A stretch of DNA of 63,323 bases from Minisyncoccota bacterium (GCA_017991475.1 JAGOQK010000004.1:7227-70549); one strand, 5' to 3'. Positions 16,342 through 26,400 are shown, counted from the stretch's first letter. Numbers and translations: made by a program. The notes: generated by a model not told the origin, from the letters alone.

Positions 16342-16385
16342 AGGTTGACATAGCATATTTTTCATGCTAATCTCTTTTTTGGAAT

Positions 16386-16712
16386 ATGCACAAACTAAAT
16401 ACCTCATCAGGCACTACCCCACCCAGCACCTCGAGGCGAGTACTCTTCGTTACCCCTCCAAGATTGTGCGAGTACGGCATGACGGTCGTCGACCAAGTCC
16501 TTGACCGTCTCATACAGGCAGGAGAACAGGTGGTCCACGTTGACTCACCGAAGGCGGCACTCACTATCCTCAGTGATCCCCACTTCAGTGACATTCATCT
16601 CATTGCATCAGAAACCGATGCGATTCACGATGCCATCATCGCGCTCTTGGAGCGCAGGAACCGGATCGGACAGCTTGTGTTCACTCCGTATAGCGCACCG
16701 CAACCTGCCTGA
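16386..16712 (+). CDS. Small hypothetical protein, possibly a degenerate receiver-like fold
   Basis: 108 aa, alternating beta/alpha pattern (RVLFV...GEQVVHVDSPKAALTIL...IHLIA); TTGACA-17-TAATCT upstream at 16345..16373. Confidence 0.6.
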   Translation: MHKLNTSSGTTPPSTSRRVLFVTPPRLCEYGMTVVDQVLDRLIQAGEQVVHVDSPKAALTILSDPHFSDIHLIASETDAIHDAIIALLERRNRIGQLVFTPYSAPQPA

Positions 16713-16804
16713 CGATCATCACCCCTCAGCCACACCGGTTTCAATCACCAGTGTGGCTTTTTTGCATCTCCACGGCCATGTTAAGCTGTATCCTGCATAT
16801 GGTA

Positions 16805-16833
16805 TTGACTTTTTATATATATAGTAGTATAAT
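16805..16833 (+). promoter_or_regulatory. Sigma70-type promoter
   Basis: TTGACT, 17 bp spacer, TATAAT. Confidence 0.8.
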
Positions 16834-16908
16834 TATACTTAGATACTGTCTTACAGAAAGTGCTGTTTGACAACACAATACACCGCAACCCGAAAGGACT
16901 CCCCCCCT

Positions 16909-19605
16909 ATGGAAACCGAAACCGCAGTAAAAACGGGCGTTTGGATCGAGGATGAACACTTCATCTGCTGGAATCTGGAGCGCGACATGCGCCACCTGAT
17001 CATCCGTACCAAACCGACAAACAAGGTTGATTGGATAATCGAAGAGCATCAGGCTGTCTTCCCCATCTCGGGCGAGCAGGGGCGTTACGATTTGCGTAAC
17101 GAATTCCCGTTCGTAATCGAGATCAATCAACCAAAAGCAACGAAGGGCTCTCTGCAGCCTGATATGGAAATACCCTTCTTGGTTGCCCTCATGCCAAAAG
17201 TTTACGGCACGAAGGATGGATCGAACGGACTGCAGCAGGTGCTCGACAGAGATCCTGAACCTGAAGAAATGATCGACTTGGAATGGCACCGGATCACTAT
17301 CAAAGATCCGAATGCCTATCTACCGGAAGAACAACCAGGCACCAACGGAATGAACCGTGCCACGCATACGCAGCAACGGCGAACGAGAGTTCAGTGGGCG
17401 ACAGCTTGCCGAATGGCATTTTCCACACTCGTCCAAATTCCGCGCTGGTTCTCGGCGCCTCGAAACAACTCCTTGAATGGAGTTTCATCCCAAACCACAA
17501 CGACAGACAATCTAAACAAACCAGCAACGATAAAAAACGAAAGCAACGAAAGCAAACCTGATATGAATACCCCAGAAAAATACTCGGTCTCACGGGCCGG
17601 GAGTACCCTCACTGCAAGCAATATGCCGCCGACCGTCGTCGACGTGTCAGTGCGCCTCATGTGCGGAACGAGCGTCACAAGCGCTCCCTTCCTGGCGACA
17701 AGCCAGGGCGGCATCCTCATCACCAACGGATCGTTGACGATTGATGATGTGTTCCGGAAGATGAATCTGTTTCCGGGTCAATATGACGGGAAGCAGTTCG
17801 ACCTCGTCGTGACTCCGATGACCTCGGATGCCTCGACGATCGAAGAGACGCGGATACTTGTACAAGGTGACGAGTTGGTCAAACTACTCGCCCCTACGGC
17901 AGGTTCCTCGACTCCTCCGATCAGCGACCTCGTGCCTCCTCAGCCTGCTCCGAAACCCGCACCCACCCTCCCTCCTCCGGCTCCTGAAAAGTCGCCAGAA
18001 GAGAAGTTGTTGGATGCACAGCGGAGCCGGCTCGAACTCCTCAAGGGAGACCTGAATCCAGACTTGCCGAATGGCAAGAAGCTTACGGAACAGGAATGGT
18101 CATGGCTGTCGAATGCCTATGGTACAGCCAAAAGCATTCTGTATACCCTGCAGAATTCACCCTTCGCCAACAGCGAACATACCCAGAAGCTGATCGCTGA
18201 GACGGCCGAACTCCAAAAAGAGATCAACCGTACTCGGATCGGCAAGTGGGGCAAGTGGCCTGAGCTGCGCGATTTGCTCAAGGACCTCGGTCATCGCATC
18301 CATACACTTGGAGATACTGAAGGTCAGCCGGGATTTGCCCTCAAAGGCGAGCTCCAGCAGATCGAAGACTCGGTGCACAATAAGCACTGGGACTCACTCG
18401 AAGTGGGTGCGCTCTTCAAGGCACTCTGTGCCGGCGAAGCACTTGGCATCAAAGTGGTGAAGGCTGAAGACGAAGCAATCGCACGGTCCGCACAGATTGC
18501 TCAAGAAGTTGAGCGTCAGCGGGCAGAGAACAAACGGCAAACTGAGGAGAACGAAAAACTCCGCAGCGAGGCCGCGAAGCAAGCCGAGGAAAATGCTCGG
18601 CTCCAAGCAGAATTGGACGAGGCTCGGAAGAAAGCGGCTCAACCGCCTTCCCCGAATACTCCTCCAGCTCCGAAGGTAGAAGATCCGAAAGCTTCTGTGA
18701 TTGATGCGGTCGAGGTCCCGCCTACCCCGGCTCCTGAAAAGGCAGGGGTCAAGCCGCCCTCAACGCCAGAAAAGTCCCACAGCAGCCAGGGAATCCTGAT
18801 CGTATTGATCGTCGCGGTCATCCTACTCGTGCTCCTGAACATCATGAGCCTGTTGAATGATCGGAAATGGACATCGGACACAGTGCCAGGTGGCACCGTC
18901 GCTTCGATGAATCCCCTGCCGATGGGGTCTCAGTCAGCATTGCTGGCAGATCCGCGTGCACGAGCCTTCTTTGAGGCTTTTGCTCAGGCAGGAATGGTGG
19001 GTGTAACGAACACAGCGTCATACAACCCGCATTCCATCATGAACAGCAACAGTATCGGGGGTCACAACCTCGTGAACGGCAGCATCATGATCAACTACAC
19101 GATGCCGCAGACCAATCAGCCGATAATCATCTGGACGAACAGTCCGGTGACGGCCACGAATGCGGCGGTGGCTCCGGATAAGGCTCCTACAAAGTGTGGA
19201 CCATCCTGTCACCAGGACCACACTATCAAGAAACACTGCTCGTACGATGCATCACCGATCCCCGGTGCGACACGCACTGCGGATGGGAGTTGGATCTTCG
19301 AGAAGGTCTTCCAACCTGGTGATGATACGTTCGAATACAGGGTTGACCCTGACGCGTACAAGGTCACGGTATCCTACACATCATGCGCCGACCCGTCACT
19401 GACGGTATTCGACGCGATCGATAGGCAGGGTTCTTACATTCCCATCCCTATCGGAGTACACGACTACCTGCTTCCCGCTGGTATGCTCGGCCACCGATGT
19501 GGCGTGCAACGGGGTGCCGGAGGTACATTCCGGCTGACGCTAATCGCACAACCCAAAGTATGGAATACGCCTGGCAACATTACACTGGCATCCATCACTC
19601 GTTGA
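16909..19605 (+). CDS. Large membrane-anchored hypothetical protein (coiled coil, Pro-rich linkers, one TM); possibly two fused genes
   Basis: SD gaaagga before ATG 16909; KE/QA coiled coil; TM ILIVLIVAVILLVLLNIMSLL; second in-frame ATG at 17563. Confidence 0.75.
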   Translation: METETAVKTGVWIEDEHFICWNLERDMRHLIIRTKPTNKVDWIIEEHQAVFPISGEQGRYDLRNEFPFVIEINQPKATKGSLQPDMEIPFLVALMPKVYGTKDGSNGLQQVLDRDPEPEEMIDLEWHRITIKDPNAYLPEEQPGTNGMNRATHTQQRRTRVQWATACRMAFSTLVQIPRWFSAPRNNSLNGVSSQTTTTDNLNKPATIKNESNESKPDMNTPEKYSVSRAGSTLTASNMPPTVVDVSVRLMCGTSVTSAPFLATSQGGILITNGSLTIDDVFRKMNLFPGQYDGKQFDLVVTPMTSDASTIEETRILVQGDELVKLLAPTAGSSTPPISDLVPPQPAPKPAPTLPPPAPEKSPEEKLLDAQRSRLELLKGDLNPDLPNGKKLTEQEWSWLSNAYGTAKSILYTLQNSPFANSEHTQKLIAETAELQKEINRTRIGKWGKWPELRDLLKDLGHRIHTLGDTEGQPGFALKGELQQIEDSVHNKHWDSLEVGALFKALCAGEALGIKVVKAEDEAIARSAQIAQEVERQRAENKRQTEENEKLRSEAAKQAEENARLQAELDEARKKAAQPPSPNTPPAPKVEDPKASVIDAVEVPPTPAPEKAGVKPPSTPEKSHSSQGILIVLIVAVILLVLLNIMSLLNDRKWTSDTVPGGTVASMNPLPMGSQSALLADPRARAFFEAFAQAGMVGVTNTASYNPHSIMNSNSIGGHNLVNGSIMINYTMPQTNQPIIIWTNSPVTATNAAVAPDKAPTKCGPSCHQDHTIKKHCSYDASPIPGATRTADGSWIFEKVFQPGDDTFEYRVDPDAYKVTVSYTSCADPSLTVFDAIDRQGSYIPIPIGVHDYLLPAGMLGHRCGVQRGAGGTFRLTLIAQPKVWNTPGNITLASITR

Positions 19606-19622
19606 AGTAACAATGTAATCAC

Positions 19623-19666
19623 ACGCCCCGCTCTATGTGGAAACACATGGAATGCGGGGCGTTTTT
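19623..19666 (+). terminator. Intrinsic terminator
   Basis: acgccccgc ... gcggggcgt stem followed by a T-run. Confidence 0.8.
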
Positions 19667-19727
19667 AATTCTCGATACTAATGCCAATACGAGCGCTCCA
19701 CTGAGCCACCCTATACCGTGCCAAAAC

Positions 19728-19757
19728 TTGACTTTTACATATAAAGTGTGCTATAAT
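19728..19757 (+). promoter_or_regulatory. Sigma70-type promoter
   Basis: TTGACT, 18 bp spacer, TGc-TATAAT. Confidence 0.75.
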
Positions 19758-19821
19758 ATATACAGAAAGAACGGATGTTCCTTGTGGAATATCCATTGAA
19801 AAATCAACACAAAGGTTAACT

Positions 19822-20889
19822 ATGAACGCAAATCCAGCCCCTATTCGACCTGAGGACGAAGTGCCCCAGACCGAATCACCAACCCTATCTCCCTTCGGAC
19901 ACCCGCTCACCATTACAACCTTCTTCGGAAGCATTGGACTGGTACTACTTGGACTCTTCTTAGCTTTCGGAGAATACTGGCTCATCGGCATCGCGCTCGC
20001 AACTATCGGTGCTGCAGTATTCATCTTCGGACGAGTCTATCACTCACCAAGTAAACCCCTTGAAGGTGGAATCGTGAGCTTCATGGATGCACCGTTAAAA
20101 ATCGGTGGTAAGTACATCACCGTCGGTGGAACTCCTATCCTGGCGCCGTACCTCAGGCTCAGCAGCATCAAGGTAAATATGGAAACGGTCAACTCTGAAT
20201 TTACGATGACCGTAATCTCAAACCAGGATCCCGATGGAAAAAGAAACATGCCTCTCACTGGCAAGGTCAAGGTTACCTGGCACCCCAATCCGAATGACCT
20301 CATTGACTATAACCAGGTGGGTAATGACCCAAAAAAGGTCGAGGAAATTCTCAACGACCACGTGTTCCCTGAGACGCAGAGAATCATTAAGGAGGGCAAA
20401 ATCTCTCCTATTGATATCTGTCAGAATGGACCACTGATATCGGACGAGTTGAATAAGTCCATACGCAACGGACTTTTCAATCGTAAACGGCTCGGCATTG
20501 TGCTCGAGCATGTCAAAGTCGAATTCCCTCTTCCAAATGAAATTCGGGAGGAGATGGTCGGCGTCAACAAAGAACAATACCAGCGCGAGGCAGAACGACA
20601 AGAATACGAAACGGTCCGCATCGCCGCCCTTGAAATGCAGCAAGCGGCTGCAATACAGCAGATACCGAATGCTGCCTCGCTCAACCAGAGTACACTGAAC
20701 GGGATGATTGGGGAATTGGTACGTTCAAAAGTTGTCAACGACCTTAACTGGTACATCGAGCAAGTACGTAGCCTTCGTCTCGTCAAAGATGGCATGGTTG
20801 CCCGTATCGAGGGTGGTAATGGGACCGTAAACCTTGCCAGCGTTGACGTACAGTTCGGTGCCAAGAACAAGCAGAAAGGAGGTAGGTAA
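19822..20889 (+). CDS. SPFH/band-7-like membrane protein
   Basis: Two N-terminal TM helices; SPFH-like core ending in RLGIVLEHVKVE; coiled coil EQYQREAERQE. Confidence 0.65.
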   Translation: MNANPAPIRPEDEVPQTESPTLSPFGHPLTITTFFGSIGLVLLGLFLAFGEYWLIGIALATIGAAVFIFGRVYHSPSKPLEGGIVSFMDAPLKIGGKYITVGGTPILAPYLRLSSIKVNMETVNSEFTMTVISNQDPDGKRNMPLTGKVKVTWHPNPNDLIDYNQVGNDPKKVEEILNDHVFPETQRIIKEGKISPIDICQNGPLISDELNKSIRNGLFNRKRLGIVLEHVKVEFPLPNEIREEMVGVNKEQYQREAERQEYETVRIAALEMQQAAAIQQIPNAASLNQSTLNGMIGELVRSKVVNDLNWYIEQVRSLRLVKDGMVARIEGGNGTVNLASVDVQFGAKNKQKGGR

Positions 20890-20894
20890 AACTT

Positions 20895-21314
20895 ATGGCT
20901 GAAGACAAGAAACCTGCGCCTAAGCAGAAACCATGGAAAGCTGTTGTCGCTGTTGCAATCATAGCTACCATTATCGCAATGATTGGCGCATTTACCCGAA
21001 AAGGTAAGAACAGTACACCATCACCATATGCACACGCAGCTCCCGAGATGCACACCCAAATCATCGGGAGCGAGCGGATCGAGATCAAAATCCCCTTCGG
21101 GATGAGGATTAACTTCCAACCGAAAACCGAAAATGTATCCTGGTGGGTGATGATTGACAGAGACGAAGACCGTAAACACCTTCGTCCTCCAGTCAACTCC
21201 CCTGAGTACAAGAGTCGGGATTACGGAAAGGATCCGAGGTATGTGACCTTCTGGGCAGAGCGTGGTCAGGCTTACACCCTGAGCTACTACTTTGTTCCGG
21301 CATCGTCACGATGA
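20895..21314 (+). CDS. Membrane-anchored hypothetical protein
   Basis: N-terminal TM AVVAVAIIATIIAMIGAF, small beta-rich domain; SD ggaggt upstream. Confidence 0.8.
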   Translation: MAEDKKPAPKQKPWKAVVAVAIIATIIAMIGAFTRKGKNSTPSPYAHAAPEMHTQIIGSERIEIKIPFGMRINFQPKTENVSWWVMIDRDEDRKHLRPPVNSPEYKSRDYGKDPRYVTFWAERGQAYTLSYYFVPASSR

Positions 21315-21323
21315 CACAAGCAC

Positions 21324-21354
21324 AAAGCCCGCGAAGCAATTCGCGGGCTTTTTT
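21324..21354 (+). terminator. Intrinsic terminator, probably bidirectional
   Basis: aagcccgcgaa/ttcgcgggctt stem plus a T-run between convergent genes. Confidence 0.85.
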
Positions 21355-21381
21355 AATTCAAGGAAAGATAGACCACCGCCC

Positions 21382-21666
21382 TTACTTCCCTATCTCAAAA
21401 ACCGTATTTGATATCACATAGATAATGCCCCATGCCGATGTCATGATGAACATACCGATGACACCACCAATCATGCTTTTCTTGCCTGCCTCTCGGGAAT
21501 CGTCCTTACCCCAAACTACCTGGAATACGCCATATGCGAATACAAGGATAGCCACAACGAACATCAAACCAATGATCGGCTGAATAATGTTCGATATTAT
21601 AGGATTGAGCACATTACCGAATGCAGTAGCATCAACCTTGGCATGAGCTGTGGATACAAGATCCAT
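21382..21666 (-). CDS. TrbC/VirB2-like pilin
   Basis: Two hydrophobic helices with a GKK linker; IIYVI end. Confidence 0.75.
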   Translation of the reverse strand: MDLVSTAHAKVDATAFGNVLNPIISNIIQPIIGLMFVVAILVFAYGVFQVVWGKDDSREAGKKSMIGGVIGMFIMTSAWGIIYVISNTVFEIGK

Positions 21667-21671
21667 GGATG

Positions 21672-22031
21672 CTAGTTGACTTGGTCAGGATACTGAACTC
21701 GAGGATACTGGTTGACTGGAGCAGTAGTGTCGGTACGGAAGGTGTTGGTGAGGATACGTACGAGACCCCAGATAGAGAGGATGACGAAGAGTCCAACGAT
21801 ACCCCAAAGGATACCACCCTGATATCCTTTGCGCTTGTCAGCATCATCTCCGCTCATGATGAATCGAACAACATTGAGGATGATCCAGATGACTGCGAAC
21901 GCGATGAGAATCTGAATGAACGTGTTACCGAGGTTGGTAAGCTTGTAGGTGAGCGTGTTGACGTCAGTGATCGCCTGAGCTGAGGCAATCGACGGCAAGA
22001 ATGGTACGAGGGCGAAAATAATCTTTTTCAT
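21672..22031 (-). CDS. TrbC/VirB2-like pilin
   Basis: Signal ending in ASAQ; two TMs; WGIVGLFVILSIWGLVRIL. Confidence 0.8.
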   Translation of the reverse strand: MKKIIFALVPFLPSIASAQAITDVNTLTYKLTNLGNTFIQILIAFAVIWIILNVVRFIMSGDDADKRKGYQGGILWGIVGLFVILSIWGLVRILTNTFRTDTTAPVNQYPRVQYPDQVN

Positions 22032-22102
22032 GGTAATGATATGTTAATAAGTGGACTAATTATACTCTATTGGACCTAGACCTGACAAAGGGCCTCTGTG
22101 GA

Positions 22103-22615
22103 CTATTGTTCCCCGTCACCTGAGTTAGGATCGTTCCAAGCAGGATTGTAGTCAGATGTTGCAGGCTGATTGCTGCTGCTGCCAGAATACGTTCGCGAAG
22201 GCTGATTGCTGCTGCTACCTGAGAAATTTGCTCCTCCCGTAGGACTCGACCCCCCTCCGGGGAATATGTTAGTGAAGGACTGCCATCCCGCAGGCCTATT
22301 GGTATCATTCTGGAGCCCGAAGGTATTCTGGAGAATGTTGACGAGACCCCACATCGAGAGGATTACGAAGAAGCCTACCAAGCTCCACATGACATACGGC
22401 GCGGCCTCCTTCCTCTCAGAATCAGCCAGAATGAAGTATTTGATGACATGATAGACGAATGCTACCACCGCAATACCCATCATGAGGACGAGAACTTTGT
22501 TCGCATAACTGATGATGAGGTCGATGACCGATGAAAGTGTCTTACTGGTCGCGGCGGATGCGACGACGGGGAGCAATCCTGAAACTATCGCGAAAAGAGC
22601 TATTTTTTTATTCAT
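22103..22615 (-). CDS. TrbC/VirB2-like pilin with Ser/Gly-rich tail
   Basis: WSLVGFFVILSMWGLVNILQNTFG; repeated SGSSSNQP tail; start set to ATG 22615. Confidence 0.8.
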   Translation of the reverse strand: MNKKIALFAIVSGLLPVVASAATSKTLSSVIDLIISYANKVLVLMMGIAVVAFVYHVIKYFILADSERKEAAPYVMWSLVGFFVILSMWGLVNILQNTFGLQNDTNRPAGWQSFTNIFPGGGSSPTGGANFSGSSSNQPSRTYSGSSSNQPATSDYNPAWNDPNSGDGEQ

Positions 22616-22634
22616 GATATTTAATATTAATTGT

Positions 22635-23087
22635 TTATGGTGTTCTAAGCGCATTCTCGGCACTCTGGATGACGCGCTGATCTACAACACCGCTCGCCGA
22701 CAAGGTGTTGATCACCACCTGGATGATGATGCGTGCACCGATCACTACAGCCACACCGATGATGATGTAGAAGAGCCATCCCTTGAGCTCATTCATCTTC
22801 TTCGGATCGCCCCGAGCAAGGATGAACTGAAGGCCGACCCAGATAAGCGCGAGGACTGCGCCAAGAACTACAATGTAGCTGAAAATTTCAACAAAACTCT
22901 GAATAAGACCTCCCACAGAATCTACTTTGAGCGGGTTGGTAAGCTTGATTAGACTTGTATTGGAAGCAGTGTCACCCTCGTTACTAGCTGTATCTGCTCG
23001 AACAATGTTCACTGAAGAAACATTGGCTGCAAAAAGCGTAACAAGGAGAAGTGTGAGCGCAATCAATTTCAAAAAGGATCTTTTCAT
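22635..23087 (-). CDS. TrbC/VirB2-like pilin
   Basis: LTNPLKVDSVGGLI, ARGDPKKMNELK, YIIIGVAVVIGARII. Confidence 0.82.
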   Translation of the reverse strand: MKRSFLKLIALTLLLVTLFAANVSSVNIVRADTASNEGDTASNTSLIKLTNPLKVDSVGGLIQSFVEIFSYIVVLGAVLALIWVGLQFILARGDPKKMNELKGWLFYIIIGVAVVIGARIIIQVVINTLSASGVVDQRVIQSAENALRTP

Positions 23088-23092
23088 ATATT

Positions 23093-23626
23093 TTAAGGAT
23101 TTCCCAGAAGCGTCTTGAACGCAGCGTTATCAGTCAACCAACTCAAGATCTGATACACGATGAACCACGCCGATAGCATAATTATAAACCCTGTGAAGAC
23201 TTTAGGGAAGATTTTGTGCGCCTCCTCCTTCTTCTTGGGATTGCCGCTAATATAGAGCGCTCCTGCCCAGGAAAATGCGCCTATGGATGCAAAGACTCCC
23301 AAAACCATCATGATATTGATGAGGTGCTGTATCTGGAGCATGATGCCGTTGAAGTCGCAAGGTACATACTTGGGATCTTTTGTAGTATTTGCACCAGCTG
23401 GACCATCACAGACGACAATTCTAAAGCTTGACTTGGTCGGGTCAAGTTCGGGGCTGGTCGGCAATGAAGAATTGAGCGTGCGAGTCGTCTGCTGAGCAGA
23501 AACGGGTTGTATCCAGCATATCATTGGGGTAACCACCAGAGCGATTGTTACTATAGATAAAAAGACTGTTCCAAAACTGTGCGGGCGGTACTTTTTGATT
23601 TTTGACATTTGATTTTTGACTTTCAT
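23093..23626 (-). CDS. TrbC/VirB2-like pilin with a Cys pair
   Basis: VVCDG...VPCDFN, SGNPKKKEEAHK, GFIIMLSAWFIV; start may be 23608. Confidence 0.8.
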   Translation of the reverse strand: MKVKNQMSKIKKYRPHSFGTVFLSIVTIALVVTPMICWIQPVSAQQTTRTLNSSLPTSPELDPTKSSFRIVVCDGPAGANTTKDPKYVPCDFNGIMLQIQHLINIMMVLGVFASIGAFSWAGALYISGNPKKKEEAHKIFPKVFTGFIIMLSAWFIVYQILSWLTDNAAFKTLLGNP

Positions 23627-23629
23627 ACG

Positions 23630-24928
23630 CTATTTGACTGCATTCATAAGCACCACGTCGTATTCATTCCCCGCATCCTGAAGCGCCTGGATCATCATCT
23701 TGCGTCCGCTCGAAATAGACTCCGTCATATCCGCGAAGATGCGTCCCGATGCGGCGGGATCGGCGTCGACCCAGGTCTTGCTAATGAGCGCAGCCTGATT
23801 GAATATGGTGATATACGGATCGGTAGATCCCTGAGCTATAACATCCCTGCGCACCGTCGGTAGATACAGTGTACTGTTGAGACTGGCGAGGTTGGCAGGA
23901 TCAGTAAGGATGGACATGACCTGGAACATTGCATTCGGGACCTGTGAAGAACGAACTATAGAGAATCCATTGAGACGAGCATAGGCCGCCTTGACCCCAC
24001 CCGTGCGTACCTGCGGAAGTGGAGCAATGTCGAAATTCAAGTTCGGATTCTTGGCACGAATATCACTGATTTCAGATGCAAAGCCGAAATATGTCGCGAG
24101 TATGCTCGAGAGAAATGCCGATTTGGCGGGAGGTAGTCCCCTGTTCCAGGAATAGTCCGCGTTGGTCGGATCGATAAACTTGGTGAAAAACTCCAGGGCT
24201 GGGGTCGGATTTGCTGCAGCGTTAACCTTGAGCGTGCTTTCCGCATACCCATCGCTGTTCACGACTGTGATCGGATTGCCGACCTGCAACATGAGTGTCC
24301 CGAGTATTTCGCGCGCATTCGTGAGATTGGTGAAATCACCGAGCGCGATGGCCGACTTGCGAATGTTGCCATTCTGGTCTTTGAGCGTCAGACGCTGGTT
24401 GAGTGTGGTGAACTCATCCCAATAGCGTGGATATGCAGCAATACCTGCAGCATTGAATGTATCCCTATTCCAGTACATCATGAGAGGATCGACCGTGAAT
24501 GGTAGCGCCAAAATGCCGTTGTCATTGAGGTATATCTGCGCCTCATCAATATAACTATCCATGAATGTGCGCTGCGGAAGTGCGGTATACGGAATGAGTG
24601 CAAGCTTGTCATAGTGTGGCAACAGCATATCGACAGGTATCAAGATGCCATCAGGACCGGTACCACGCGCAAGAGCCGCAACGAAGTCCTGAGAGAAATT
24701 CGAAGCCGTCTTCTGGACATATGTCACTGAAATGGGCTGTACGAGAGCTGTATTAATCTTGGATACATAGAGGTCAAATGTTTCCTTGGGGAATGTTCCC
24801 CATACCGTGACCGCGGGTATAGTTTGATCAACCGTCGAACCCTTATAGAGTGCAAAAGCCGTGACTCCGCCAATTAGAAACAGAACGAAGAGCGCGAGTG
24901 TGATGATTTGGAATTTGCTGATCTTCAT
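23630..24928 (-). CDS. Extracellular solute-binding protein (ABC sugar-binding-like)
   Basis: N-terminal anchor; VTVWG, LAxGTGPD, ALPFTVDPLMMYWNRD, FDIAPLPQ. Confidence 0.88.
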   Translation of the reverse strand: MKISKFQIITLALFVLFLIGGVTAFALYKGSTVDQTIPAVTVWGTFPKETFDLYVSKINTALVQPISVTYVQKTASNFSQDFVAALARGTGPDGILIPVDMLLPHYDKLALIPYTALPQRTFMDSYIDEAQIYLNDNGILALPFTVDPLMMYWNRDTFNAAGIAAYPRYWDEFTTLNQRLTLKDQNGNIRKSAIALGDFTNLTNAREILGTLMLQVGNPITVVNSDGYAESTLKVNAAANPTPALEFFTKFIDPTNADYSWNRGLPPAKSAFLSSILATYFGFASEISDIRAKNPNLNFDIAPLPQVRTGGVKAAYARLNGFSIVRSSQVPNAMFQVMSILTDPANLASLNSTLYLPTVRRDVIAQGSTDPYITIFNQAALISKTWVDADPAASGRIFADMTESISSGRKMMIQALQDAGNEYDVVLMNAVK

Positions 24929-24968
24929 AAATAGGTCAAAAGTTAAAATTCAAAAGGCAAAGTTGCGA

Positions 24969-25487
24969 TTAATTCCGGCTGAATATCAGTCCATAATGGT
25001 GATCACCAGCATTGAATGAATCTTCAAGTTTAAATCCGCTTTTCTCGAAAAGCTGCTGGGCCTTGGCGGACGGGACCAGTTGCTGAGGGCTCATGGCACT
25101 CGCTTCGCTCCAATCAATGATGAGAACTTTGCCACCCGGTTTCAATATGCGCTTGAGTTCGAGGCAAAAATCATCAGGTTTCTCAATCTGGAAAAGAACA
25201 TTCGAGGCGATGACGCGGTCTGCAATCGATTCGCGGAGCTTGGTACCGCCTATTTTCTCGGCATTGCCCCACACGACCTCTATATTCCTGACGCCCTGAT
25301 TCCCTGCGACGGTACGCAGGCGCTCAAGCAGGTCCTTCTGTACATCGACTGCATATATGCGACCGCTCGAACCGACTCTTTTGGCGGCTTCTATGCTATA
25401 AAATCCTGATCCGGCGCCGATATCGACCACCTTCATGCCGTCAATAAGGCCGAATTTCGCCAGGTTTGCAGCTGGGTCAGAAAACAT
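24969..25487 (-). CDS. Class I SAM-dependent methyltransferase
   Basis: VVDIGAGSGFY, YAVDVQ, ILKPGGKVLIIDW. Confidence 0.93.
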   Translation of the reverse strand: MFSDPAANLAKFGLIDGMKVVDIGAGSGFYSIEAAKRVGSSGRIYAVDVQKDLLERLRTVAGNQGVRNIEVVWGNAEKIGGTKLRESIADRVIASNVLFQIEKPDDFCLELKRILKPGGKVLIIDWSEASAMSPQQLVPSAKAQQLFEKSGFKLEDSFNAGDHHYGLIFSRN

Positions 25488-25574
25488 AGTCTTATTATAC
25501 GACCAAAAGCCCCCATCACGAAATGGGGTTTGGGGACATCCCGTGAGCTTGAGAACGAGGACAAAGGTGTGTGA

Positions 25575-26396
25575 CTACCGCGACACTTTCCTGCGGAAAA
25601 GATACGCTGCAAGAGGCATGAATATCGCGATGAGCGCTACGCACCAGATGACGGCTGCAACACCATGGTTGCCCATAGGAGTACCTACCATCAGCGAACG
25701 CATGGCCTCGATAACATGTGTGACGGGTTGATTCTCAGCGAACAAACGAAGATACTTCGGCATCGTGTCAGTCGGTACGAAAGCAGCACTTGCAAATGTG
25801 AGAGGAAATACGAGTACAAATCCGAACCATTGAACCGCCTCAATACTCTTGGCCATCAAACCGACGACCGCAGAAATCCATGAAAATGCCAAGGTAAACA
25901 GAAGAAGAAGTCCTGCTATGTAAAGCCAGTCAGTGAAAGATGCACTCGGACGAAAATCGACGAGCAGCGCCACGAGGATCATCACGACCGAAGAAATCAT
26001 ATTTCTCACAAGATCGGCAACGACGTGACCTGTCAGGACAGCTGAACTCATGATTGGCAATGACTTGAGACGATCAACGATACCGCGTGTGAGATCAGTA
26101 GCGACTGAGAGCGATGTAGTAGTCGCACCGAACGCAGCAGTCTGGATCAGAATTCCTGCCACCAGGAAATTCACATAGCTTGTTCCTCCTGTTTCGATCG
26201 CCCCACCGAATACATAGCGGAAAAGGAGCATGAACATAATCGGCTGCAGGAAGAGCGACAGAAGCTGATCCACATTCCTGAATATGTGACGGAAGCTTCT
26301 CTCAATAAGTATCGCGGAGTCGACAAAGCCCCAATAGAGCTTGGAATGCTTCTTGATACGCTCATCCTTGGTGATGGAAAGTAGTGTGTCGTTCAT
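25575..26396 (-). CDS. ABC-2 (DrrB-like) permease
   Basis: QPIMFMLLFRYVFGGAI, DRLKSLP, FASAAFVP, ENQPVT; start set to ATG 26396. Confidence 0.92.
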   Translation of the reverse strand: MNDTLLSITKDERIKKHSKLYWGFVDSAILIERSFRHIFRNVDQLLSLFLQPIMFMLLFRYVFGGAIETGGTSYVNFLVAGILIQTAAFGATTTSLSVATDLTRGIVDRLKSLPIMSSAVLTGHVVADLVRNMISSVVMILVALLVDFRPSASFTDWLYIAGLLLLFTLAFSWISAVVGLMAKSIEAVQWFGFVLVFPLTFASAAFVPTDTMPKYLRLFAENQPVTHVIEAMRSLMVGTPMGNHGVAAVIWCVALIAIFMPLAAYLFRRKVSR

Positions 26397-26400
26397 ATGA

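Noticed and set aside
20875-20889. SPFH-like protein ending in KGGR as a JAB-cleavable di-Gly tag
   Set aside because: The sequence coincides with the SD (ggaggt) of the next gene, which explains it
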